Below, piece by piece: positions 1 through 8,717 of a stretch of DNA of 36,618 bases; position 1 is the stretch's first letter, and the number at the start of each line of letters is the position of its first letter. The stretch spans positions 1 through 36,618 of the IMG/VR virus record IMGVR_UViG_3300011337_000508; one strand, 5' to 3'. Made by a program: the position numbers and the translations under genes. The stretch comes from a virus (lineage: Duplodnaviria; Caudoviricetes). The notes beneath the pieces were generated by a model, which was not told where the DNA came from, made no database searches, and was given only the letters and a program-made list of their open reading frames with translations.

Positions 1-74
1 GACGAATTGAGTGTTTCCTAAAGTCATAGCTTGATAGTGGCGAATATTTTAATTAGATTCAATCATCTTTTTTG

Positions 75-103
75 TTGCGGACATGTTGCATGTGTGATAT
101 ATT
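75..103 (+). promoter_or_regulatory. sigma70-type promoter TTGCGG-N17-TATATT
   Basis: Hexamers at 75-80 and 98-103 with a 17-nt spacer; the same two hexamers and spacing recur at 3294-3322. Confidence 0.6.
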
Positions 104-130
104 GTTAAACATACAACAAGTGAGGTTATC

Positions 131-271
131 ATGGAAGAGCTAGACTATGAACGAGAGTTGCGAGAGGCTCTCGAAATGTGGCAATGGGAGCTTGATAGGA
201 GCTTGGCAGAGATAGAAAAGCTCAAGATGGCGTTAAACGATGATTACAGCTCATTGGAGGCTGTTGTTTAA
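131..271 (+). CDS. small acidic hypothetical protein, 46 aa (not in ORF track)
   Basis: MEELDYERELREALEMWQWELDRSLAEIEKLKMALNDDYSSLEAVV; TGAGG RBS upstream; follows the promoter at 75-103. Confidence 0.6.
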   Translation: MEELDYERELREALEMWQWELDRSLAEIEKLKMALNDDYSSLEAVV

Positions 272-362
272 GAAAGAGTGGTTGGAGTCAACCAATATGT
301 AGTTATGCGATTAGAGATGCTGTAAAGTGCATTTATCACGATTTTAAAATAGGAGGTGCTAA

Positions 363-638
363 ATGATATCGCCGTATAACGATCCCGATTATGATCGCGA
401 GACTGACGATCCTGACTTTCAAGAATATGTTGATGGCATCTATGAAGCGATCGACAAGAAGCTTGGGCTAACGGGTGACAATGAAGTAAAGTATTTAATT
501 TACGATTGCATTTTCGCTGCTTGGAAGGCGGATAAGTATGCAGCGCATCGCTTGCTTGATGATTTTAGCACTGATGAGATCTATCTGCTAAATTTCAACA
601 CAAGCAAATTGTACAACAATTGGTTCCGCAACAATTAA
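363..638 (+). CDS. hypothetical protein, 91 aa
   Basis: Strong AGGAGG RBS before the ATG; acidic N-terminus; no family recognised. Confidence 0.7.
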   Translation: MISPYNDPDYDRETDDPDFQEYVDGIYEAIDKKLGLTGDNEVKYLIYDCIFAAWKADKYAAHRLLDDFSTDEIYLLNFNTSKLYNNWFRNN

Positions 639-642
639 ACGA

Positions 643-665
643 CCGCCTAACACAGCGCTAGGCGG
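643..665. terminator. hairpin between convergent genes, possible terminator
   Basis: ccgccta...taggcgg inverted repeat between the 638 and 691 stop codons; no clear U-tract. Confidence 0.4.
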
Positions 666-690
666 CCAAATTACCTCTATATCCGGAAAC

Positions 691-1041
691 TTACGAGGTA
701 ATAGAATTTATTTCAATGATGAGGGCATAGGGGTAGCCCTGCTCCTGCTTGTAATGCCAAGTTATGCGCTCATCGCCGTCGGCGCGGCCTGCCGCGAGGC
801 CAGGCAATAGCCAATCGGCTAGCGTGTCCCTCGCTGGTTTCAAAGAATAAACTACGTTGTCGAAGTCCATCTGCCCCACTCCCCTTCGCGTCAGCGTGAC
901 AACACAAGGCAGCGCGGGCTTTGCCACCTTTGACAATTCCGATCTTATGAGCATGGCATGGAGCTTATTCCGCTTATGCTTAACGCGCCAATGCTCCGTT
1001 ACGTTAGGGCTTTGGATGCGGATTGGGATTGTGATTATCAA
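691..1041 (-). CDS. RusA-like Holliday junction resolvase
   Basis: Size, N-terminal P..SPN, D-x-D-N...K...D motif (MDFDNVVYSLKPARD), later DGD, and position after the replication genes. Confidence 0.7.
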   Translation of the reverse strand: MIITIPIRIQSPNVTEHWRVKHKRNKLHAMLIRSELSKVAKPALPCVVTLTRRGVGQMDFDNVVYSLKPARDTLADWLLPGLAAGRADGDERITWHYKQEQGYPYALIIEINSITS

Positions 1042-1838
1042 AATGCCCTCCTTCTCAAATCAACGCCATCAAATTTGAGGCAAATTCCTGATAGAATTCT
1101 AGAAACAAAGGCAGAACCGAACATTGCTTCTATCTCTTGCGATGTGCGATTTGTTGTAATAATTGTTTTTAAATTATTACTTGTCTTCCTTCTATCTATC
1201 AAAAAGAAAATAAATTCTGAAAAAGATTCCGTTGGGGGTCTGGTTCCTAAATCGTCAAGGACAAGAACGTTGACTTGTTGCAAAGTTTCCAACAATGACA
1301 GTTCATTTCCACCAGAAGAAAATATTGCTTTATGCTTTTGAAATAAATCGCTGTAGGATACATAACGCCCGAATTCCCCACTTTTTAGGCAATAATCCAA
1401 CATGGCACAAGCGGAATATGTCTTACCCCTTCCTGGCTCACCTCCAAAAACGATGATGCCTTGGTTCTGATTGCAAAAGTTACGCATGACAGCGAGTGTT
1501 TTATCATCCCGCTTACATTCCATGAAATTAGCATGATGAAATTCATCGGGTACGCCTACGTCTGATAACTCAGGAATATTCGGTCGAACATCAAAGATTT
1601 TAGCATTTTTGGCCATACAATCTCGCATTGCACAAGAGAGAAATTTATCTTTTTCAATAGCATCGGGACAAACAAAACTCTGATTTCCTTTGCAACGAGG
1701 ACAAATAAAATTTTCCGGAGAAATGATTCTACGACTCACATAGCCTTCGTGTACGACGCCCGCATAGTCCATTAGGGGTTTGGGTCTAACTTCTTCTAAA
1801 ACGCTCTTGGTGAGGCTGGAAAGTGCCTTAAAATGCAT
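1038..1838 (-). CDS. DnaC/IstB-like AAA+ ATPase (helicase loader)
   Basis: Walker A GEPGRGKT, Walker B VLVLDDLG, TIITTN and SRI motifs, N-terminal Cys cluster; coupled to the initiator gene. Confidence 0.9.
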   Translation of the reverse strand: MHFKALSSLTKSVLEEVRPKPLMDYAGVVHEGYVSRRIISPENFICPRCKGNQSFVCPDAIEKDKFLSCAMRDCMAKNAKIFDVRPNIPELSDVGVPDEFHHANFMECKRDDKTLAVMRNFCNQNQGIIVFGGEPGRGKTYSACAMLDYCLKSGEFGRYVSYSDLFQKHKAIFSSGGNELSLLETLQQVNVLVLDDLGTRPPTESFSEFIFFLIDRRKTSNNLKTIITTNRTSQEIEAMFGSAFVSRILSGICLKFDGVDLRRRAF

Positions 1839-2751
1839 TATGATACTCCGATGTTCCCGTGACCTTAACGGAACTTTTCTTTCCAGCTGGGCATTTTTCG
1901 GAAATGGCTAAAGTGTCAAATTTCTTGTGAAGATAGGAAGGTAAGTGAACAAGGCGCATCCAAAAGGAATCCGTATGGGAAAAAGTTATTACACGCCGAA
2001 TTTTTTCGGGTTCGTGATGCTTTAGCAACTTGTCAAAATATTCCATCTGCTTTGCCGGTATGACCCTCTTCACATCGGGCAAATGTTTTTCTCTAGATTC
2101 TTGGAAAAAAGAAAAAAGATCAACCGCATCCGGCGAAGCCGGTGCATGATGTATTCTCTCTTTTTTAGGTATTACCTTTATTATATCTTTTTCTTTTGTG
2201 GTTCGCTGGTGGTTCGTTGGTACTTCACTTGTTGGTTCACTCTTGTGTTTTTGAATTTCGCAAGTCGTTAAGTGTTTTACTGTTACTATAGATTTTTGGT
2301 GGTTCACTTGTTGGTTCACTTTTTTGCCATTTTGGCGATTTCCGTGGTTCACTTGTCGACTCAAAAAATCGCATGAAGAATAGTACTCAATCGCACGTCT
2401 AACTGTGCTTTTATCAACCATATCTTCTTCAAATACAACACCTTGATTACAAAGCTCTGCCAAACTTCTTTCCGTAAAACAGAATTGGCCAGGTTCCACT
2501 TGAATAAGGGTTGAACCGACAGAAAATGATTTTGGTGATCCGTAAATGGCATGTATGCAAATTGTCAGGAAAACTTTTTGATACCTTAATCGGGATGACT
2601 GCCATCGAGAGTCTTCTAGGATTTCTCTAGGCAATTGGATAAAACCTTTCGAATGTTTCTGCATGGGTGGCGTCTCCACGTTGTAAGGTGCAACTTCTTC
2701 GTGTACGCTATTGGATGATTGGAGAGGGATGATTTTTTCGTTGGGTAACAT
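1828..2751 (-). CDS. phage replication initiator protein
   Basis: GFIQLPREIL N-terminal motif, repetitive central linker, C-terminal DSFW...PSYLHKKFD; directly upstream of the DnaC-like gene. Confidence 0.75.
   Translation of the reverse strand: MLPNEKIIPLQSSNSVHEEVAPYNVETPPMQKHSKGFIQLPREILEDSRWQSSRLRYQKVFLTICIHAIYGSPKSFSVGSTLIQVEPGQFCFTERSLAELCNQGVVFEEDMVDKSTVRRAIEYYSSCDFLSRQVNHGNRQNGKKVNQQVNHQKSIVTVKHLTTCEIQKHKSEPTSEVPTNHQRTTKEKDIIKVIPKKERIHHAPASPDAVDLFSFFQESREKHLPDVKRVIPAKQMEYFDKLLKHHEPEKIRRVITFSHTDSFWMRLVHLPSYLHKKFDTLAISEKCPAGKKSSVKVTGTSEYHNAF
2160..2356. repeat. iteron-like repeats (TGGTTCAC core) plus AT-rich tract; probable replication origin
   Basis: TGGTTC(A/G) copies near 2199, 2210, 2233, 2300, 2312 and 2345, some at 11-12 bp spacing; AT-rich run 2160-2197; inside the initiator gene as in lambdoid origins. 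Confidence 0.7.
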
Positions 2752-2806
2752 TGGGTAGTCCTCATTGGGTTAAGGACGCCAATCCGTGTTAACAAATTCC
2801 TTAAGA

Positions 2807-2932
2807 TTGCTTTTTTCTCAGGTTATTTGCTAGACTCTTGATATTAATTCTTCCCTGAATTAAATTTAGATCGGATTGGCGTCCGTCTCAGGCTCTGTTA
2901 CCGTTAGACGCGGTACAGAGCCATTTTTATTT
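2807..2932 (+). ncRNA. candidate counter-transcribed small RNA with its own promoter and terminator
   Basis: TTGCTT-N18-TAGACT with extended TG (2807-2836); hairpin ggctctgt(t)accg/cggtacagagcc at 2891-2922 followed by a T-rich tract; antisense to the initiator leader. Confidence 0.5.
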
Positions 2933-2954
2933 CCCCGAATGCTAATCTTTCAAC

Positions 2955-3233
2955 TCACAATTTGTCAAAATCTTTTACCTTCTTGCTAGGTTTTCCCTTA
3001 GAAACTTCGACTTTGCGCTTACCATATATGTTAAAGTACTCATTCTCAGGATTTAAGAAATCCTTCTCTGTCACAAGTCCCTTAGTTTCAGCTTCAATGA
3101 CTTTGAGTAGCGAACGACCTGGAATGAGACGACCATTGATAAGATTCTGAAAATAAATCTTGTTGATGCCAAGTTTGGCGGCAAAATCTTTTGCTAAAAT
3201 TTTATTTTTCATCAAATAAAATGCTATATGCAT
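2955..3233 (-). CDS. Cro/XRE-like helix-turn-helix regulator
   Basis: FAAKLGINKIYFQNLINGRLIPG...IEAETKGLVT pattern typical of Cro-like proteins; AAGGAG RBS. Confidence 0.8.
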   Translation of the reverse strand: MHIAFYLMKNKILAKDFAAKLGINKIYFQNLINGRLIPGRSLLKVIEAETKGLVTEKDFLNPENEYFNIYGKRKVEVSKGKPSKKVKDFDKL

Positions 3234-3255
3234 GTGATAACTCCTTTTGGCGAAG

Positions 3256-3322
3256 ATTTTACATCATGTGATTGTTTTTATCAATGTTTCTTGTTGCGGA
3301 TAAATGTTTCATGTGTTATATT
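3256..3322. promoter_or_regulatory. divergent sigma70-type promoter pair
   Basis: Minus strand TTGATA-N17-TAAAAT (3284 to 3256); plus strand TTGCGG-N17-TATATT (3294-3322). Confidence 0.7.
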
Positions 3323-3423
3323 TTCGAATATATCAATAGTCTCCTAGGTGACTGCGCCACCAAACGCAGCTAGTTGAGCGTGATATGCTTAAAACAAACA
3401 AAACCAACAACAAGGCAAACATT

Positions 3424-4185
3424 ATGAAAATATCATTTTTACCAGAAAATTACGAAGCCCCGCGTTCAAGCGGTGGATACATGAAGATGGCAGAGGGTGA
3501 GAATAAGTTCCGCATCTTGAGCCAGCCTGTCATCGGATGGGAGGACTGGGATACTGTTGAGGGGAAAAAAGTTCCTATCCGATTCCCAATGGATCAAAAG
3601 CCATCTAAACCCATCGACGCCAAGAAGCCAGTGAAACACTTCTGGGCGTTCATCGTATGGAACTACAACGAAGAGCGCATCCAAGTTCTGGAGATTACAC
3701 AAGCGTCAATCCGCAAGGGCATCGAGATGCTATGCAACGATAGCGATTGGGGTGATCCTTTCTTCTACGACCTCAAAGTTATCAAGAAAGGCGAAGGCAT
3801 CGACACGGAATACGTCGTCAATCCATTGCCACACAAACCGTTAAGTGAGGCGATAAAGAATGAATTCCGTAATAAACCATGCTGTCTGCATAATTTGTTC
3901 GACAACTCCGACCCATTCGGCTGCTCACCAGAGGAAGCAACGCGCGGAATCTTCGACGCTCCGCAAGAAGAGGCTGCGCCTGTTGCGACAGTGAGCCAAG
4001 AACAGCTTGATTTGCTCCATAGCGCGATCGATGGGGATAAGACGTATCTGAACAAGGTATTGATGCATTATCGCATTGGAGGGCTTGGAAAGCTACCTGC
4101 TGATCAATTTGAGTTGGTGCTTGAAAGGGCATCGAACGCGAAGACAATTCGTTTAGAGAAAGAAGATTCGATTCTCGAAGCATAA
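3424..4185 (+). CDS. putative ssDNA-binding/annealing protein
   Basis: Likely start MKISFLPENYEAP; YMKMAEGENKFRILS and YDLKVIKKGEGIDTEYVV resemble phage SSB-like proteins; adjacent to the YqaJ exonuclease. Confidence 0.55.
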   Translation: MKISFLPENYEAPRSSGGYMKMAEGENKFRILSQPVIGWEDWDTVEGKKVPIRFPMDQKPSKPIDAKKPVKHFWAFIVWNYNEERIQVLEITQASIRKGIEMLCNDSDWGDPFFYDLKVIKKGEGIDTEYVVNPLPHKPLSEAIKNEFRNKPCCLHNLFDNSDPFGCSPEEATRGIFDAPQEEAAPVATVSQEQLDLLHSAIDGDKTYLNKVLMHYRIGGLGKLPADQFELVLERASNAKTIRLEKEDSILEA

Positions 4186-4216
4186 AAAAAAGGGAGTGGA
4201 TGTTTAGTCCGCTCCC
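4184..4216 (-). terminator. intrinsic terminator oriented for minus-strand transcription
   Basis: gggagtgga/tccgctccc stem preceded by an A-run on + (U-tract on minus). Confidence 0.55.
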
Positions 4217-4261
4217 CTACTGCTTATTGTATTGTTCACATACACCCAAAAGGATATCAAA

Positions 4262-5122
4262 ATGGAAATTATTACGGAACAGGGATCCCCTGCATGGCAC
4301 GCATTGCGTGCAAATAAAATTGGCGCAAGCGATGCCGCTTGCATTTTAGGCATTGGCTTCAAGTCTCCTGAGAAGCTATGGCGTGAGAAGCTAGGCCTTG
4401 ACGAAGTCTATGTCAACGAAGCGATGAAGCGCGGTAGCACGCTGGAGCCAAAGGCGCGGAAGGCGTTCGAAGACATCATCGGCAGCAAATTCAGCCCTGC
4501 CGTCTACATTCACGATGAAAATCAATGGATGATGGCGTCACTTGATGGCATCAATGCCGACAAGACAGCGTTGCTTGAGATCAAATGCGGAAATGAAAAG
4601 CTGCATGAGCAAGCTAAATGCGGCATTGTCCCCGCCTATTATCTATCGCAAATGCAACATCAAATGTACGTCACTGGCGTTGATCTCTGCTACTATTTTA
4701 GCTACAATGGGGAAGAGGGAGCGACCGTTATCATCAATCGCGATGATAAATTCTTGAATGACTATTTGCCGAAGGCGCGAGCATTCTGGGAATCGTTGCA
4801 GACCTTCACAAAGCCGGAGTCTGCATATATGGAAATAGATACGCTAGAATGGCGCGAACTTGCTGAGCGGTACCGAGCCATTCAAAAGATACGCAATGAG
4901 CTTGACGAGGAAGAGAAGGGCATTAGAGAGCAATTGGCGATCATATCTAACGGCATGCCAGCTAAAGGCTACGGCTTGACGTTTATGAAAGCATCGAGGA
5001 GAGGAAATATCGCATATCAGGAGATTCCAGAATTGCGCAACGTGGACTTGGAGCAATACCGCAAACCTGGCAGCGAGTATTGGAGATTGCTAAGTAGCGA
5101 TCCTAAGCAAAGCGTAGAATAA
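4262..5122 (+). CDS. YqaJ-like viral recombinase / lambda-exonuclease family nuclease
   Basis: QGSPAWHALRANKIGASD, RGSTLEP, ASLDG, LEIKC and Y..QMQHQM motifs; likely start ATG at 4262. Confidence 0.92.
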   Translation: MEIITEQGSPAWHALRANKIGASDAACILGIGFKSPEKLWREKLGLDEVYVNEAMKRGSTLEPKARKAFEDIIGSKFSPAVYIHDENQWMMASLDGINADKTALLEIKCGNEKLHEQAKCGIVPAYYLSQMQHQMYVTGVDLCYYFSYNGEEGATVIINRDDKFLNDYLPKARAFWESLQTFTKPESAYMEIDTLEWRELAERYRAIQKIRNELDEEEKGIREQLAIISNGMPAKGYGLTFMKASRRGNIAYQEIPELRNVDLEQYRKPGSEYWRLLSSDPKQSVE

Positions 5123-5284
5123 TAACGCAGCAACAACAACGCAGAGGATGCAACCGTAGATTTCGGCCATTCTCTGCGTGAATGCATGCCATTCCAATTC
5201 ATATGGCAATTGATGCCGCTTAGAATAAGGTTTACCGAGAAGATGGCGCACCATTTGAGCGATGCGGTGATAAATCGCTAGCAC
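5090..5284 (-). CDS. possible small membrane protein, 64 aa
   Basis: GTG start overlapping the upstream stop; hydrophobic C-terminal segment; last gene of the late module. Confidence 0.4.
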   Translation of the reverse strand: MLAIYHRIAQMVRHLLGKPYSKRHQLPYELEWHAFTQRMAEIYGCILCVVVAALLFYALLRIAT

Positions 5285-5403
5285 GATTTTTTTTTCATCT
5301 TTTTAGCAAGCTTCTTGTCTTCTTTAATCGACTCTTTTGATTCGTGGATGTCCTCTTTCAAATGCTTAAGGACTTTTTTCTTTAGATCTTTTTTTGCTTT
5401 CAC
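5278..5403 (-). CDS. small Lys-rich protein, 41 aa (not in ORF track)
   Basis: GTG start overlaps the stop of the 549-aa gene; MKAKKDLKKKVLKHLKEDIHESKESIKEDKKLAKKMKKKSC. Confidence 0.55.
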   Translation of the reverse strand: MKAKKDLKKKVLKHLKEDIHESKESIKEDKKLAKKMKKKSC

Positions 5404-7052
5404 TAGATGAACTCCGTAAATATTGCAATACCATTTTGTCCCGCTGTCCCTGCTAGTGCAACGACTGTTCCGTAAGCAACGGAGGAACCTGCACCCGAAC
5501 CATATCCTAATCCTGCATGACCACTTGAACCATTGGAAACAACGGCTTCAACAATGATAGGGCCACCGGCACCTAATATATTTGCACCACCGGCGGCGCC
5601 AACAGCAATAGAAGCCGCTGTCCCACCTGCTGCTCCCGATTGTCCGCCTGTTACTGCCAGAATCACAGTTCCCGTTCCTGTCGTCACGGTGCCACCGGGC
5701 GCGCTGTTTACTGTGGCATTAGCACCAGCGGCACCGCCCGCACCACCTGTGCCACCAGCTACTGTCCATGCCGAGCTCGTCGCGAGTGTCGTGCTACCGC
5801 CAGCCCCGCCGGCGTTATTGCCAGCCGCTCCAGCTGTACCTCCGGCACCTACGCTGCCCGTTAATGAGGCGCCCACTTGTGCTGCTGTTAGGAGGAATTT
5901 TGCATATCCTGCACCTGTGCCAGCACCCGAAATCGCAATCTGCCCAGCCGTTGCCGCGATGCCTCCGCTTCCTCCTCCCCCACCAGCAAGTTCGACGATG
6001 ACATATTTCATGTTTGCCGTCGGGGTGTAGGTAAATGCGCCTGTTGCTGTGACGCGTTGCACGTTAACCGATTCAAATGGCAGTCCTCCAACAATACTGA
6101 TAAATCCTTGATCGTTGGTAAACTGAGCACTGTTGAAATGGGCAACACCGTTTTTTGTCGTATCTTTAGCAGCCACGGCCGACGTTTGCTGAATTTCGAT
6201 TGTGTATGTATTAGCTGCTAGTGAATCGGTACGTAGCACGTTGGCACCGACAACGCCAGGCGCCACCTGCGCACCTGTCACGGTGATTTGTCCTGCTCCT
6301 GAAGGCAATACAGGATTTGTCCCGGGAGCGGTAGCAGCGTCGACGGCAATCTGATCAATTGCGGCTCCCCCACCAGTTAGAGCAACAAAGCCGTTAGCGT
6401 CGACGCTGAATTGGGTACTGTTGAAATGCGCTAGACCGCTCTTAGTGGCGTCTGTTGCTGCTGCCGATGTTGCATATTGGACTTCGAGGTTAAGTGCGTT
6501 GAGGGCACGGGAACGCGTCTCCACTGGCACGGAATGATTAGCAACAGCAGCACCGTTAAAGGTGAGCAATCCTGTTCCATCTGGGTTTACAGGAGTAATA
6601 CCCGGCGCCGTCACCGCTTGTACCGCGATTTGATCGAAGGCAGTTCCGCCGCCTGTCAAAGCAAACGTTAACGTCTCTGCCGTTCCCGTGATCGTTATCC
6701 CTGCGCCGGCAGTCATGTTTACGTTGCCAGTGACGGCATTAGGGAACACAACACTGCCAGAACTTGGCGTAAATTGCAGAAGAGGGCCAGTGCCCCCACC
6801 TGACAGCTTTACCCACGTCGCTTGGTATTGGCTCTTCTTGGACATATACCATAGATCGCCCTTGGCATCAGGGGAAACAGCGAGGTCGTCAGTGTTATTC
6901 CAGAATGTATTGACGGGAAAGCGGTAGTTGTTCGATGTAGGAGCACGATCAGCACCTATAATCGGCGTAATACCTAACAACGGGCCAGCATATGAGAGAT
7001 TGTTAATGTTGTTGGCTGGTAGGCCGACTTCTCGGAATAGTGGTGTTGTCAT
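5403..7052 (-). CDS. Gly/Ala/Thr-rich tail fibre-like protein, 549 aa
   Basis: Two internal repeats (GGG..DQIAV...HFNS.QF); C-terminal glycine-rich domain (YTPTANMKYVIVELAGGGGGSG...GIAIFTEF) common in phage fibres. Confidence 0.75.
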   Translation of the reverse strand: MTTPLFREVGLPANNINNLSYAGPLLGITPIIGADRAPTSNNYRFPVNTFWNNTDDLAVSPDAKGDLWYMSKKSQYQATWVKLSGGGTGPLLQFTPSSGSVVFPNAVTGNVNMTAGAGITITGTAETLTFALTGGGTAFDQIAVQAVTAPGITPVNPDGTGLLTFNGAAVANHSVPVETRSRALNALNLEVQYATSAAATDATKSGLAHFNSTQFSVDANGFVALTGGGAAIDQIAVDAATAPGTNPVLPSGAGQITVTGAQVAPGVVGANVLRTDSLAANTYTIEIQQTSAVAAKDTTKNGVAHFNSAQFTNDQGFISIVGGLPFESVNVQRVTATGAFTYTPTANMKYVIVELAGGGGGSGGIAATAGQIAISGAGTGAGYAKFLLTAAQVGASLTGSVGAGGTAGAAGNNAGGAGGSTTLATSSAWTVAGGTGGAGGAAGANATVNSAPGGTVTTGTGTVILAVTGGQSGAAGGTAASIAVGAAGGANILGAGGPIIVEAVVSNGSSGHAGLGYGSGAGSSVAYGTVVALAGTAGQNGIAIFTEFI

Positions 7053-7067
7053 GTAAACCTGCTTTAC

Positions 7068-8711
7068 TTAGACTGAAAATAATTTGTATTGGATTGTCAT
7101 AACTAAAACACCCGTAGCATCTCCGGGAGCCAAATCATAGGCATACAAAGGATCGGTGTATCCTGATGCAAAAAGCTGCCCTTGTATATTTCCTGCATCT
7201 TGGAATGCAGATAACAATACAGTCGCTGTAGTACTAGTAGCTCTATACATTCCAATACATGAAAAGTAATCAATGCCATTTTTTAAAGGAACAGTATAGA
7301 AAACAGGATTTCCGCCAGCTCCGTCCGATGTTTGAATTGAATAACGGATACTATATGTAAGATACCCGTCTTTTGTTATAGAATAGGTCGCAACTTGGTC
7401 AGTAAAAACAGGAAGCGTTCCTGCTGAATAAAAATGACTCCCGGATGTAGCTGTATTTTGACCCATTGGGTAATTATATACAGTGTTTTCCCCAAACACC
7501 CCTACGCCAAAATCATAACCTAATCCGCTTTCGGATACATACCATGAATCCGTTGCACCATCCATCTTCATCGTAAAAGCGCCAATGCATTGGCATGATG
7601 TACCTGCATATTTGGCAACAGTGACGTTTTTAAGAGAAAAAAAGTCACCTTCTCCATTATTGACGATTGCACCCGCTTTTCCTATTGATCCCGCAGCAGG
7701 TGAAATAGTTTTACCCGGAATCCGTGAAATCATAAACGCAATATCGGAATCATCAGACTTTGAAACAGCATACATATAAAAAGGACAAAATTCATCCCAG
7801 TTTACTCCCGTAGTAGCTCCAAAAAGCATCCCTGAAATGTCGCCTGCAACTGTATCAGTAAAAGACTGATCTGCTGTTATATCGTAATTTTTCACTTCTC
7901 CAATATATAAATTTGCCACGTTGCTAGGCATTGATACCCAGCCTTTATTTCCGGCAGAAAGAGCAGTTCCATTTGCAGAAGTAACAGTAAATGTAGCTGG
8001 GACATTGCCATCCCATGTAAAGCCTAAATTTTGCAATGGCTGTGCAGGTGCAGGCAAAGCATTATCTGCAATGGTAGCAAAGTTACCATCTGCCTGTCCG
8101 ATCAAGAACAATGAGCCATAATCGGTATTGATCACCTTTGTAGCTTGTCCATCAATGAGAAATCCACCCCCATCGATGGTAATATTATTTGTTGCTGCTC
8201 CCCCTGTCTCATCTTTAATATAGATCATTCGACCGATATAATATGCGGTATTAGTATGATTTAAAGTTATTGTTAAAGGAACAGAGGTGTCAGTTACACC
8301 TAAAAAGCAATCAGATGGTTGTAAATTATAATTAGTTGTTATTGGTGTAGATGCATTTATTGAAACTGAACCTAGTAGAGCAGAAGCACCAATAAAATCA
8401 AATGTTGGAAGTCCAAAATTTTGTGTTCCTGTAAATTGTCCAATAGGAATATTTGATGCGGCTATACCTAAAAAATCTACTCCCCCATAAAAACCAACAG
8501 TTGAATCACTAATAAAACTAAACGCAGGATTAGTGTAGGAACCATTTCCTGCCAGAATTTCGCCGGCATCGGTTTCAATGGAAACACCATTCTGGATCAG
8601 TTTACCTGTAGTGCCATCAAAGCGCACAATAGCGTTATCGGTACTGGAAGCAGGCCCCACAACGTCACCAGTTCCGCCACCACCACCGCCGCCTATAAAA
8701 TATTGTGACAT
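7068..8711 (-). CDS. tail fibre / receptor-binding protein, 547 aa
   Basis: N-terminal [27 protein letters not shown] and IKDETGGAATNNITI motifs; paralogous to 9992-10636. Confidence 0.75.
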   Translation of the reverse strand: MSQYFIGGGGGGGTGDVVGPASSTDNAIVRFDGTTGKLIQNGVSIETDAGEILAGNGSYTNPAFSFISDSTVGFYGGVDFLGIAASNIPIGQFTGTQNFGLPTFDFIGASALLGSVSINASTPITTNYNLQPSDCFLGVTDTSVPLTITLNHTNTAYYIGRMIYIKDETGGAATNNITIDGGGFLIDGQATKVINTDYGSLFLIGQADGNFATIADNALPAPAQPLQNLGFTWDGNVPATFTVTSANGTALSAGNKGWVSMPSNVANLYIGEVKNYDITADQSFTDTVAGDISGMLFGATTGVNWDEFCPFYMYAVSKSDDSDIAFMISRIPGKTISPAAGSIGKAGAIVNNGEGDFFSLKNVTVAKYAGTSCQCIGAFTMKMDGATDSWYVSESGLGYDFGVGVFGENTVYNYPMGQNTATSGSHFYSAGTLPVFTDQVATYSITKDGYLTYSIRYSIQTSDGAGGNPVFYTVPLKNGIDYFSCIGMYRATSTTATVLLSAFQDAGNIQGQLFASGYTDPLYAYDLAPGDATGVLVMTIQYKLFSV

Positions 8712-8717
8712 ATAATC

